From Camelus dromedarius (taxonomy: Eukaryota): a stretch of 64,000 bases of DNA. The notes below the pieces were generated by a model that saw nothing but the letters and a program-made list of their open reading frames with translations, did not search any database and had not been told where the DNA came from. Positions 38,110 to 51,225 of the stretch are shown here, one piece after another (positions within the stretch are counted from its first letter, which is position 1; each line of letters opens with the position of its first letter). A program made the position numbers and the translations under genes. The stretch lies in contig NC_087436.1 of the NCBI RefSeq assembly GCF_036321535.1, positions 79,486,001-79,550,000 of the forward strand, read 5' to 3'.

Positions 38110-41100
38110 AACCTCTGCTACTGCCCTGCCTTCCTCAGGGTTCTTATTCTTCAGCGTTCTTATTTCTTCAGGGGTAAGTTCTTATTTCTTCAGGGATTGC
38201 ACACAGAAAGAACAACGCAGATCTAGAGATCCCAGGAATCATCTTTGCTGCCACATGGAAAGTCCCTTGTGAGAATGAAGACAACACCGAGGAAAGTAGA
38301 GAGAAAAAGAGACCCACCCTGATGATTTAGTCTGATACCCTTCACTCCAATGCGTGAAGCCAGAAAACCCTTTGAACTTCCAGATCCATAAAGTCTTCCC
38401 CCTCCACTAAGCTAGAAGAGTTTGCATTTAGAGTAAATCTTTTACAGCTATAGTATGTTGAAAATGAAACAGCCCTAAAACAAATGGTTTTGTAAACATG
38501 TATGTACAGTATATGTACATATGAGTCTGCATATGTGTACATACACAAGCGCTTTTCTCTTTTTTCGCTAAGGAATTCTTTTTGTCCCCCTCAAATTAAA
38601 TTTTCCTTAGAACTCCAAAACAATACTATTATTGGCTCTGGGATGGGGCTTCAAACGCCCTGAGCCCCGTTCACTCCGTCTCCTTTGCCTCCATGGATAC
38701 TCTGGGGAAAGAAACCCTGTGACACACCCTGAGGCTCTGCTGAACAAAAATGAAAGCACAGGCTTGGAGCGATGAGTATGCATTTTTAAGGAATTTCCCC
38801 TTCAATTAAGTAAAGCCTAATTTTAGTGATTTAGGTACAAAATAAGTACAACAAAACTTGTTGAATGTTTATAGAATTTAAATGTCTCCTTCAGAGTCCC
38901 TTTTTTGGATAGCATCAACTATTAATAAGCTAATTAAATATTAGTGAGATCAAACCTGAGTCTAGCTGAGATAGGTAATGTGCCTGGGAGCTCCTGGCAG
39001 CTTCCCGCCCGGTGCAGAAGTCCTGTCTGAGGCAGAGAAGCCAGTGTGGGGTGCTGCCCCAGACCACCTTGGCCACGGAAGCATGGCTTCTTTGAGCAGC
39101 TGCAGAGCACAAAATCTCAGGTCAGTGTTGGGGTGGACAGCCAGGAAGTCTGAGGCAGGGCAGAGTTGTTGCAAACACAAGAGGAACTAGAGGAAGAATT
39201 TCCAGAAGTCTTCCTCTCCCCTTTTGGAGTGAGATGGAGAAAAAGAGCATTTGAAGCCCTGAATAAATCTCATTGTTAATCTCTACCTGATTCTACCCCT
39301 GTGGCCTGAGGGAGGCCCTCATATTCAGCAGTAAACACACAGATTGTCTAGTCTTGCAGAGCAGTAGATTTTGGCATGGAACATACCACTCTGACATCTG
39401 AATACAAAAGGGATAATTTAACAGTCAAACTTGCAAAGAGGTTTAGTAACCCTGGGAGTTAACTTTCTGCAGTGCTGTGGTTACACTGTGAGGAGGGGCG
39501 TGAGAAGGCAGGTATCAGCGCTTTTCTTCTGTAAGGAAACCCCTGTTGTTAGGAGAGAATGCTGCTTTGCAGGAGAGCAATTGATAGAGAATCTCAGAAT
39601 GTGTAAACCATGACAGCCTTCAGTTAAGCCATGTAAGAGGTAACCCGTTTTCTCATTGTACTCCGGGAATCTCAGTCCATATTAAAGAAAAGCATTTTGG
39701 TTTTTTCTTTGACCTTGTTTTCTCTTGATCTTTTCTTCCCTTCTATTTATAGTGTGACTCCTTCAACACTCAGTCTGGCTTTGGTTGCCTACGCTCAGTT
39801 TATGTTGCTTTGCTATTTTAAACACATTGTTGAGGTAGTTTTGGATCAAAATCATGTGTCTTGGCGGCACACATCCTTCAGGTAACAAAGGCATAGTAAT
39901 CACTGATGTGATGCCAAATCAGAATTTTTTTTTTATGTGTAGCGTTTCCAAGTGTTTATGTGACTTCTAGTGAGATTTACTTTGGAGCAAGAAACATTTA
40001 TTTCCTCTTACTGATCTCATTTCCTTCTAAAGTGGTCTCCTCCAATAGTTGCTTACATCATCAGAAGAAAATCCAGTTTCACTGACACAAGCCAAAGTCT
40101 GAGGTCAAAAGTTCAACTTCGTCTTCTACTCAGAAAGTAAATAATGTCATATTAACAACTTTTTTTTTTTTTTAAGTAATGGGAAATTGCTACATGGCCA
40201 CAGGTTTTAAATTTCTTTTTTCTCTCTACTCCTAGTAAATTCCAATTCAGGAGATTTTGTTCTGCTATTATGTTATATTTATGTAGAAATGAAGAGAGTG
40301 GATCTTCTGTGATAGTTCAAATATTTTGTGGCTTCATCACCTGTCCTCTGTCTATAGCCCACCTTTCTGAACAAAAGCTCAGTGATATTCATGATTCATT
40401 AACTCAGTGGTCACTGAAATAGAGCCTTTCCTGACAGCCCCCTGACTGGGCAGGAACAAATGTTATTTTTCCCTGTTGGGTACCTCACCTATTTGTCTGT
40501 GGCCTTGGGGCAGGAGTTAAGGTTGCCTGCAGATCTTCCTCTGGTCTTGGGCTAGACGTCCCCAGTCTCTTGTGGTGTTGGGGGTTGGGAGGCCACGGTG
40601 GGTGAGTCAGGCTTTCGAGCCGTGGCTCCTGAAGCTGGCTACTAGTGCTCCTGGTGGAGGGGCTGGGTGCCGGCCCCGCCATGTTGGCAGATTTGTTGGT
40701 GGCCAGTAGAAGTGGTTGGTGATTGAAGACTCCTGAGTTCAAATAGAGTTGAGGAAGATTGTGTTCCTTTTTTCTTGTCCCCCAGTGTTGGATTTGCCAC
40801 TAAAGCCATTAGACTCATGTAACTTCCTGGAAGAAGAAGGAACTTGACCTGCAGCTGCTTCAACAGGTAGGTGGGTCTGTATGAGCCACACAGCCAGGCA
40901 GGTGGTCACCTACCAGGTATGCCTCTTTTTTCATTCCCTTTTGAATTCCAAAAGTAGATGTCCTTGCTACTGTTTACTCTGTATACCAGGGATTCTAACC
41001 TTGAAATGTAAGAATTATTCTCATTTTCAGATGAAGAAAAGTGAGGCCCGCAGAGGTGAGGAGGCCTACGTAAGGCCCCACAGTTTGAGAAATGAAGCTG

Positions 41101-41659
41101 CAACTGGTACACATTTAAGATATTTCTCTCATAAATATTTCACTGCTGTCATTTCCGAATTTGTGGCCACTCCTCATCATTTGTTTTCCCTAATTCTAGG
41201 GTTTGCCACAGAGTTCTAATTGCTTTCCTACTTTATTGATACTATACGTTCTTCGGTTCTTCTGTCTCACCTTTGTCTCCCCATCAGCGTGGAGGGCGAC
41301 ACTGAACCTTCTTTAGCCTCTCCTGTCCTCTGTGAACAATTGCAATCTTCTTTTAAAATCTCTCTCTTATTTTCTCCTTCTGTGTCATCACCATTCAGGC
41401 AGTGTTCAGACCTTTCAATTTGTTGCTAGATTATAACAGTCTTAGAACGAAATTTCTCCAAATCTGAAGCCACCATCAGATTCAGCTTCCTAAAACACCC
41501 CTTTCATTGTGTCCTGGTCCCTTATTAGATACCAAATGAAGATCAATTCTTAGCTAGGAATTCTAGGCTCTCTATAATCTGGTTCCACAGCACTGAAATT
41601 CCTATTTATCTTCTTTCCTCTAGGTAGATGTATGTGTATACTTGATGTTTCCAAAGCAT

Positions 41660-42103
41660 CCATGGCAAAGACTATTTATTGTCCCCAAATTCATCCTCTT
41701 CTTTTTTCTTAGTAACAGAATCCTACTTTTATTCAAGATACCCGCATACTGAATTGAAAACTATACCTCTGAGGCTCTGTTGTAAGCAGGTATAGGTTTG
41801 GGACTAAGTTCTTGTTAAAAGGACATCAATCCAAGTGTTGGGTGGGACTTCTGGGAAGTATCTATAAAAATACTATTTCTTTATAGCTGCCTACTTTGGG
41901 GATGTGATAGCTGGAGCTCTAGTAGCCATCTTAGAACTTGAGGATGAGAGCCACACTCTAGACAAGGCAGACCAAAGATCTGGTAGGAATCTGGGTCCCC
42001 AGTGACTTTGTGCATCTATATTTATGAGCTCTGCTTTCAGTGTTATTTAAGCCATCATTTTGTTCTTTTGTTATATGAAACTGAGCCTAATCCCAACTGA
42101 TAT
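41660..42103 (+). mobile_element. Old MaLR LTR (MLT1-like)
   Basis: cttagtaacagaatcc...gatgtgatagctggagctctagtagccatctt...tttaagccatc...cctaatcccaactgata. Confidence 0.65.
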
Positions 42104-42428
42104 ACATGTTTCCTGGAAGAGTAAATAGCATTCAGATGGTCCTTGATGAAAGAATAGTATTTAGACAAACAAGAAGAGTAAAGAAACATCACAGGCAAGG
42201 GGATAAAATAGTAGTAAATGCCCAATAAATTTACAGAGTATTTTATAGCTTACAGAGCACATTCACATCCACTATTTCATTTGTTCCTCATAACAACTGG
42301 GGATGTTATATGCAAATATTATCCACATTATGACAGATAAGAGCTATGGAATCCAAAGCTGGACAAATAATTAAATGGAAGGAGCAATGGATTTGTAGTC
42401 AGAAAATCTGGGTTTGAGTTTCTTTTTT

Positions 42429-42903
42429 GATGGACAAACTTTAAGGTGACCTGCATGTTCCCTCTCCTGGCATTCATATTTTGTGTAATCCCCTCCCCTT
42501 GAGTAGGTGGACCTGTGACTTACCTCTAACCAGTAGCAAAGGGGATGAGATCTAACTCCCATGATTACAATACATTGTATATCACTCTGTCTTGCTAGCT
42601 GAAGAGTCTTTCTTCATTGCTGGCTTTGAAGATGGAAGCTGCCATGAATCCTACAACTGGAAGCAACCAAATGCTGCTAAGAACCATGTAAGTGGGAAGG
42701 TGGGTCCTTCCCTAGTTGAGCCTCCAGATGCACCCTGAGCCCAGGCTGATACCTTGACGGTAGCCTCATAAGACTCTGAAGCAGAGACCAGTCAACCCAT
42801 GTCCAGACTCCTTACCCAGGGTAACTGTGAGAAAGCTAATGTGTGTTGCTTTAAGTTACTGAGTTTGAGGTAGTGTGCTATGCAGAAATAGCTAGGTAAT
42901 TCA
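42429..42903 (+). mobile_element. MaLR LTR (MLT1E-like)
   Basis: tgtgtaatcccctccccttgagtaggtggacctgtgactt...gctggctttgaaga...aatgtgtgttgctttaag. Confidence 0.8.
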
Positions 42904-42949
42904 CTTACCTACTAGTTGTGTAGACTTGAGGTAGTTACATAACCTCTCT

Positions 42950-43473
42950 GTCATGGCAGAGATGATCAACTACTCGCCATAGAGTTAAGCTCCCCCTTCC
43001 ACAGCATTGTCACTGAGAAGTGGCTGCCGAGCCAGAAGCTGCATTTCTCTGTGCCCCCTTGCATCTCGGTGGAGCCATTAACTGGTTCTCATCAATGAGA
43101 TGTGAATGGAAGTCTTTTGGGCCACTGCCTTGAAGAGGTTGCTCAGAAGTGGATGTGCTTTCTCCAGTCTCTCCTTGTCTGTCTGTCAGCTGGAGGCAGA
43201 GGAATCTAAGGTCCTAGGGCCCAGTGGAGCCACAAGACAGAAGGAGTCTGGGCTCTTCAATCACCTCATGCTGGAAAGCTACTCAATGACCAGGAACACC
43301 TGCTTTACACCCTTACGTGAATGTACAACAAACTTTTTTTTCTCTTTCCACAAATTTACAAGTCTGTAAAAAAATTCACAAAAATTTACAAATTTATGTG
43401 AATGTAAAATGAAAGTATCAAGATACTGACTTTGGGGGTTTACTTATTATAGCATTGCTTTTTCCCTAATACA
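42950..43473 (+). mobile_element. Old MaLR LTR (MLT1-like)
   Basis: tgcatttctctgtgcccccttgcatct...ggagccacaagacagaaggagtctggg...aatcacc...ccctaataca. Confidence 0.65.
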
Positions 43474-46400
43474 GTATCAATTTTCTTATCTATAAAATGG
43501 GCATAAAGTTGTTGTGACTGAATGAAATAATATACTTGAAACCCTTATTAAATTGTAAAATATTATGCTGACATGAGGTGTTAATAGAATTTTCACAAAA
43601 AACTCTTAAGATGTAAGTGAATAAGGAAAGAATTACTTCTTCATTTTAGGGGGGATTGAGCTAAAACTGACTGGCAATAGGACTTGGGGTCACTCTTTGA
43701 ACTAGTGGTGGGGGTAGGACCAGACCTGATTTTCTGTCTAACTCTCGTCTGTGATGTCACAGCCAGTGATCAGAGGCGTGGAAGGTGTGCAAAGCAAAGG
43801 AGATTGCAGGAAGTCATATTTCTTTAAACATGAGCAGCCGAACCAGTGATTTCAGAGCTGTCCCTGTGGGGTTGAGCCCAATGCATCTCTCTGCAGAGGT
43901 GGTAATTTGGTTGTCAGTTCATTGAAAAGAAACATAGCTACAGCTTACATATGTTTTAGTTAAATTAAAAGATTGATGTGTATTTATTTTGAGGTGATTG
44001 CTGAAATACCTTCCTCGTGTGTAATGGAATTTTGTCCTTTTGGCAATGCTGAAGACAGTTCATTTAGCTGCATATGTTGTCAGTGAAATTTCCCACATGC
44101 TTACAAGAAATATTTGTCTTCTCCAGATGGCCTATGTAAAGCCCAGTTGTTCTTCCAAATAAATTGATAGTTATGACAAATGTGTTATCTCTCTAGACAA
44201 GATGAGAGTTCTTTCTTGGAAAAAGAAACAGTCTCTTTTCATTCAAATGAGGAAGACGTGTTCTAAGGCTGAAACTTCATGGAATCCGAGTTTAGAGAAA
44301 TCGCTAAGTTAGAGTTGTTGCTTTCATTCCCCCTCCACCCATAAAATCTATGTGGTTTTTAGTTTCCTCCATAAAAGAAACCCAAACATAAAAGATCCCC
44401 TGAAGAGAGTCCACGTATTTCTAACTTCTTGCTTTATAGCTTTTTTCCAGTAATGCCTTCCTTTCTTTGTTAAAAATTCAAACATTGATTATTCAATAGT
44501 TAATATTTAAAAAGAATGTCTGTACCACATATACAATTAAGAAGAATACTAATACACTGAACACTGGTGGAACCACTGCTCGACTTATGAGCCAGACCTG
44601 ATGCTGTGGAACTTAATGTGTTTCCTTTCTCTTCTCTTCCTTCCCACTGTCAACAACGTTATGCCTTACTTTCCCAAATTTTCACAAACTCATCATAATT
44701 ATTTATAAAGAGTTTTGAAAACCTTTGTGGGAAACTATGCAGTGTGACTTCAGATGTGTATTTACAATAATTCTTCATTTTGTGCTCAGGGCTTTCAAGT
44801 CTACGATCTTCTTTGCAATTCACGACAGTCCTATGAACTCACTGGGCTGGACATTTTTGCTTTTGCAGGTGGGGAACACGGGCTAACACAAGACTCATAA
44901 CTGAGGAGTAGGTAGGAGAGTTAAAGTTAGAACCAGAGTCTTTAGACACTAAGTCCTGTGACCTTTGCACAAAATGACATTGCCTACAAGTGAGAAGTTG
45001 CTATTGAGTAGATTTCCAACGAGAAATCCTTGTTCCTGACTTGACAGAAATATCACTGCAGGCCATGGTAGCCGACTAACAGCAGCCTGTATTGTTAGCA
45101 GGTCCAGCAAATCAGGGCTGGGGATAATACCTTATTTTCCTTTGTAGTCTCAGCTCTTGGCCTTGTGTCTGACACGTAGTAGGTCCAGGTTAGAAGCCTG
45201 GGCTCTGGCTTTGAAAACTGGCCCTCCATTTAGTAGCTATATGACATTGGGCAAGTAAATTAACCTTTGTAAGTCCCAGTTATTTACACCATTCTCAGGG
45301 GTGCTGGGAGGAGTACATGAGACAATGACTACACAGTAGAGCAGAGTGCTTGCCAGAGAGCAAGCATGGACTAGACCGTAGCTAACAATAAAAAAGGATT
45401 GTCTGTTTCTGTGTCCTTGGGCAAATCATTTGATTCCATCTGTTCCCCACTTCCCAAAGCTTCAGTGCCTCATCATTGTAGTAAGGGGGTTAGACAAAAA
45501 TGAATTCTCCAGGTCTTTGCAGCTCTGATGTTCAATGATGCCAGACACAGTTCCTAAGACTTCTGCTGACTTAGTTTAACTCATTATTTGACTTTAGAGA
45601 AACACAATCAAATGCCTTCATTGTTCATTTCCAAGTCTTCATACAGATGAGCGTGGCAAGATAAAATTGCAGAATAATAACCCATGCTTTTCTTTCCCAC
45701 AATTTTCTTGTTATCCCATAGGCTTCTGCCTATTGGTAGCATTCGTTGCTTTGTCCCTTAAAAGTGTAAAAATTGAGCTTCTGACTTGATTTTTCAAAAT
45801 GCACTGCAGAATTCTTTGTTATATTGAAAACCAGGATTCCTATTGGGGGAGTCAGAATTTTGAGAGCGCAAAGGAGTCTTTTAAGTGCTGAGTTTACTTT
45901 CTAACTGTAGTCTGGAGAAGAATGTGCAATGGTGTGGGAGGAGTCCCCATCAGACAGGCATTAAAGTCTAAGTGACCAGCGGAAAGCCACGCTTCAGAGG
46001 GAACATGGGCGAGACTTCAATGCTGGTGAGTGCCTGAAAGGGGCCTCCTACCCTGAGCCGCGTGGTGGGGGTGGAGGATGAGAAAGCAGAGACACTTTCA
46101 ACACGTTTTAGAGGATGTCCGGGCAGAGAGGACCTGCCTTTGATTTCCCAGGTGAAGCCTGAAGGCAGCAAGCCTTGAAAGAAGTCCTTCTGCACCAGCC
46201 CCCATGCTAACATGGTGCAGCTGAGGAAGAGCAGACAGGGCGGGGTGGTGAGTGTAGACAGACTCCTCCCACTGCTCCCGACCACGCATGCGTGAAATTG
46301 CACAGAACAGTTACCGGCAGGGGCGCTGAATCGACCTGGAGCCAACTAGGGACTTAGAGAAGCCTTGGAGGGAGGTTGAGGAGGACCCAGGATGACTTGC

Positions 46401-49400
46401 ATGGTTGTGGTGACCAAAGGGAAGCCGTGGAGGTCTTCTGTGCGCAGTGGGGACCGAGGCCTGTGAAGCAAAGAAAGATAGGCTGAATTGAGTAAGCAGC
46501 GAAACCAGACAGATCAGGAAGGGCTGGTGGACTGCATTCCTGTGGACACTAGGGCAGTAGGTGCTATGGCCTAGTCTGGGAGACAGAGAGACACAGTTAC
46601 TAGGAATGCCATGTGCTATGTATTGTGCTAGATTATGTCCAGTGTGCTGTTGCAGCCAAGCAGGGTGCTGCAGGCCTTCCTGAGGACGTGGCCCATGTCC
46701 CCTGCCTCTTAGTGTTAGATTATAATATTAATATTAAAATATTAAACTATTTTCAGTCTGTAACTTCCTCTCGGGATTTGGGTTATCAGGCTCTTTTGTT
46801 CTATCATTAAAAAAAAACCCCAGACAAACCAAAAACACCTCCACAGAAAACCCTGTTAATAATCAGGCTGCCGGACTTGAGGGAGGGGAAGTGGAGAGAG
46901 GGAGAAAAGCTCTGAAAGGGGGAAAATTGTTCAGAGATAATACTTCATCAGCAATAAAAATACTCATTTTTCCATGCATGTAAGCACCTTTGTATATGCC
47001 CCCTTAATAGAGCCATGCGAAATAGTCTGTTTCAGATATAAAAGAAGAGACTTAGATGTTTAGACTGCAGCTCTTTCTACTACTATTTTGAGCAAGAAAA
47101 GACAGTGCCTAGTAGAGACGGCTGGGTGTGCGTGCACGCGCGCGCATGCGTGCATGCGCTGGGGGAGAAGGGAGATCTTTCTAGAGGAAAATAGCAGTGA
47201 AAACCAGCACAGCCACTCAGCAAAGGCATGAAGGGATAACGTGATTCGCTTCAACAGGGCACTTGGGTCTAACTTCAGATATTTGGATAATGGCCATTTT
47301 AATTCCCATTTTCCTTCTGACATCATGACTTACTTATCGTTAATCAGAATGTTCTGAGAGAAAAACTTCCAGGGGTGGGGCTCAGGCCCATCACTGTGGA
47401 GACGCATTTTAAAGAATGCTCTGCCGATGCTTCACTTTGCTCAAGGGTACAAGGCACACTTCAGCACCTAATGGAAACTACCCTAGGTTTACAGGTTCCA
47501 ATGGACACCTGACATCACTTATTTCCTTTTCTTTGAGTAGCAGAAGTATTCAGAAGTAATCATGAACGGGTTCTTGGTGGCCTGTTAATCAAGGTGCCCA
47601 CCTCCGGTCAAGGGTTGGTCACATGACCCACTCTAGGCCAATCAGATGCTCTCTCTGAAATTGGAACGTTCACAGGACTGAATATGGACTGAACTGGTTC
47701 GCTTTGAGGGAGGCATCTTGCTGGGGATCTGTTCATTATTTCTTGTTTGCAGATCTTCAAAGCTGTCCTATTTCCTCCTTGAAGACTGACACTACACTTT
47801 GTCTTTTGATTCTGAGTTACCACAAGTCCTTCTAATACATTGCTTTTTAGGTTCTCACCCAGAGTTAATTTTTGTTGCCTCAAACTAAATATCCCCAGCA
47901 GATACAGCACAGCACAGCATTGTTCAGTTCCCTTTATTGTGGGCAGACTCCATATGCAATATAAATATTTCTGTGTAAATGTTATTTTTTTAGCCTGGAG
48001 GCAAGCTGGAGCCAGGTTTAACAGTTGATAAAAAATGTGGGAAATCTGACTGAAATCACCAGGGCAGGAAAGAGAGGTTAGTTAAAAAGATGTTAATTGG
48101 CCAAGAGCCCTGTGTAGGGTTGGAGACCAGGTTAAGTTTGATCCATCCATGGCCAAGAGAGTTTAGGGAGAACTCTAGCTGGGACAGGAGTAGATCCAGA
48201 CCTTCTAGTCAGCCTCTTCATAAAGTAGAGGAGAGTGTGTGCTGGAAATGGCTATGTGTTGGATACCAATGACTATACAGATCTGAGGCTCTCTGAGTAA
48301 GACTTTTCTCCCAGCGTGGATTGCACTGGACTCTGGAACTATTCTGTGTCCCTCCCACTGTTTATCAGCACATAGATTGTGTCCTGATAAATAATTGCAC
48401 CTGTTTTACAGTAACCGTATTTAGGAAATTGATTTAGATTTGTGATGCTCTCATTTGTTTATTCATTCAAGAAGAATTTATTGAGCATTTGTGCTAAGCA
48501 CATAGTGGTACAGAATAGATACATTTCCTCCTTTATGGAGATAGTAACTGTAGAGAGAAGGAGAATGATATTCAGCAAATAATTCAATAGAAATGTATGA
48601 TTATGAATTGTGCCAAGTGCTAAAAAGGAAAATTAAGTTATTATCAAGTATAACACGTGATGGTGTTTTACTATCAAAAGAGGGGCAACGAAGAAGGACT
48701 TTTCCCTATAAAGAGGGCTCACAATTTTTTATTATGGTGGTAGGACCTTTGCATTTTATCTAAGAGGCTTTGTTCTTCATTTTTATAAACTCATATTAAA
48801 ATATAATTTAAAGAGAATCTGTAAGGTGTGGCATATGTATGTGTAGTAGGTTGTAACTGAAACCTGAAGGCAAGCTTTAAAAAAGCCTTCCTGAGCCAGT
48901 TGGTGGGCACTGAATCTGGTTTAGAGATGGAACATGAACTTGTGACTCTAAGTTGTCAACAGGGAAAATGATTTAAAAATAATATAAAGTTGTGTTTGGC
49001 CATGAAGAAAGAACAGATAATCAGCCTAATTTCATGGGTGCATAACAGGGGTTTGGAGATCTCAACTGTCATACATGTGTTGATATGACCAAATTTTAGG
49101 TCATTTTGTAGGTTGTAGGTTGGTCTGTTATCCTGTTATCCTGAAAGAAGTGACCAAACCTCACCTTTTTACGTGTGTTCAACATTCTGGTGATTTGACC
49201 ATCTGCTGAAGACCGTTAAGTGCAAGATGTTGTGTGAGGCACACTGTAACTACCAGAATGCATACGGAATCATTTAGAATGAAATAATTTTGCAACCTAA
49301 TGAAATCTGCTTGGAGCATAAATAAGACATTGGATTTGGGCAATCATCCTGTGGCTGGTGAGAAGTCTTTCAAATGCTTTAGGTGCCATCTTGTGGTCAA

Positions 49401-49475
49401 CATTATGAATGTAGTGAATTCAACTCATCTTCAACTTCCCAGAAAGATTGTGTTTAAAAAGTGTAAGAGTATGTT

Positions 49476-49610
49476 GGGGAGGTATAGCTCAAATGGTAGA
49501 GCACATGCTTAGTGTGCATGAGGTCCTGTGTTCAAACCCCAATACCTCCTCTAAAAAAATTAAATAAGTAAACATAACCTCCCCCCAAAATTAAAAAAAT
49601 TAATAAAAAG
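49476..49610 (+). mobile_element. vic-1-like SINE (the only + strand copy seen)
   Basis: ggggaggtatagctcaaatggtagagcacatgcttagtgtgcatgaggtcctgtgttcaaacccc...taacctcccccc followed by an A-tail. Confidence 0.9.
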
Positions 49611-50999
49611 TTTAGGAGGTTACATTACCCGGTGATGACAAAACCCTGGTATATTAATCAGATCTCTTCCAGTGCATCAGGTGACAGAAACCTATTTCAA
49701 AGTAGCTTAAGCAAGAAAGGTGTTATCTCAAAGGACTGAGGACGTTGCTGTCAGACCTAAGGCCTTGGAGGTGAGATCCAGGACCCGGTATCACGAGGAC
49801 CTACCCTCTGTTTCTCATTTCTGCCTTGTTTTATCCCCTCTTGCTTCAGGGAAGAGTATTGCCAGAAGTCCAGATTTCCAATCATTTCTGCATTATGACT
49901 CAGGTCCACATAGAAGAATCCCAAAGGAGGGCTCTGGCTCAATATGGGTCACATGCCAAGCCTTGTACCAATCGTGTGATAGGAGAATGGGGCGCCTTGA
50001 ACAGACAGCTTGAGTCTGCGATCATCCCCTGTGGTTGGGGGGTGGAGGAAGAGAGACCTTGGCAGCATGAATATGTTACCACAGAGACAGAATCTGTGGG
50101 AATGCTTGCTGGACAAATGAGCAAACTAAAGGAGGAACCCAGCTCACTACATTCCACTACTCGGACACCAGCCACACATCCATACCCTGCCCCAGTGCAT
50201 ACAATTCTGAAAGTGCCAAAATACTTTAACTTTCCTGAGTACAAAATAACAACACAAACTTATCCTCTCTTCAAGAAGAGACAACTCAAAGATGCAATTA
50301 GCTAATGAATTCAACACCAAGCTTAGGATTTTTAGATGATGGGCATTCCTCTTAAGTCCAGATGTAGAGGCTACTCTTGGTCCCACAATCTATTTCCATT
50401 AAGAGAAACATTTCATAGACATTCATCCATTTATTCAAATAAGCAGTTATTTGAACTCCTAATATTTGTCAAGTGTCATTTTAGGTCCTAGGAATATGTC
50501 CCTGACTTTTCTGAACTTAAAGACATGGAAAAATAATTACCATATTAAGTAGTAAGGGCCAGTAATTGCAGTGTGAATTGCCTATATGTTCAACTTGTAG
50601 CATTTTTCAGAATTGTATATATTTCACAAGTGGTGCTTATGGAAAATAAGAACCACTGAAATAAGAGAATTTCACTGATATAGAAAACAGGGATAAGTAG
50701 AAACCCAAAAAGTTAGTGATATTACTGGGATTAATTCCAGAGTGGAGGATACTTGGCAATGATTTCTCTAAAAAGATGGAAGCATTTTCTTCCCTTTTCT
50801 AGTTTTTCTGGTCTTGTGTTCCAAGCAGAGTTTGGTTTGTGCACTTGAGGGCTAATTAATCATGAACCAATATTGGAATCAATTTACATTATCATTAAAG
50901 AGTTTCAGAGCTCATTGTTCCATTGGCATTTCTAATTTAAAGCAAATTGCATGATTTATTTTAAGACCTACATTTAGCTTAATGATTAGAGGAGAAGGA

Positions 51000-51225
51000 T
51001 AAGGTAGTGCATAACAGCGTAGGGTTTGGCATAATATTGACCAAGGTTTGAATCCTGGCTCCACTCTTACTAATTGTGTGGCTTTCAGCACATTTTCTAA
51101 CCGGTCTCAGTTTTCTGATCTGAGGAGTGGGGGTAATACCAGTATCCACCTCTTAAGGTTATTGTGAAGGTTTAATAAATGTGTAATGGTATTAGCACCT
51201 GGTAAGGGTACAAAAAATGTTAAAA
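51000..51225 (+). mobile_element. MIR SINE
   Basis: MIR core: ggtttgaatcctggctccactcttactaattgtgtg...ctcagttttctgatctg...ggttattgtgaaggtttaa. Confidence 0.75.

Noticed and set aside
38141..38195. Three copies of ttcttat(t)tcttcag with a gtaag
   Set aside because: This is simple local slippage. No exon can be built from it, and it is not a repeat-spacer array.
49476..49550. tRNA-like sequence (and its eight reverse-strand relatives) as tRNA genes
   Set aside because: The copies are diverged, have A-rich tails and often have TSDs, which identifies them as SINEs. The B box here is mutated.
49826..50305. Longest ORF in the track (159 aa)
   Set aside because: It has a non-ATG start, overlaps degenerate LTR-like sequence, shows no recognisable domain, and has no supporting splice structure.
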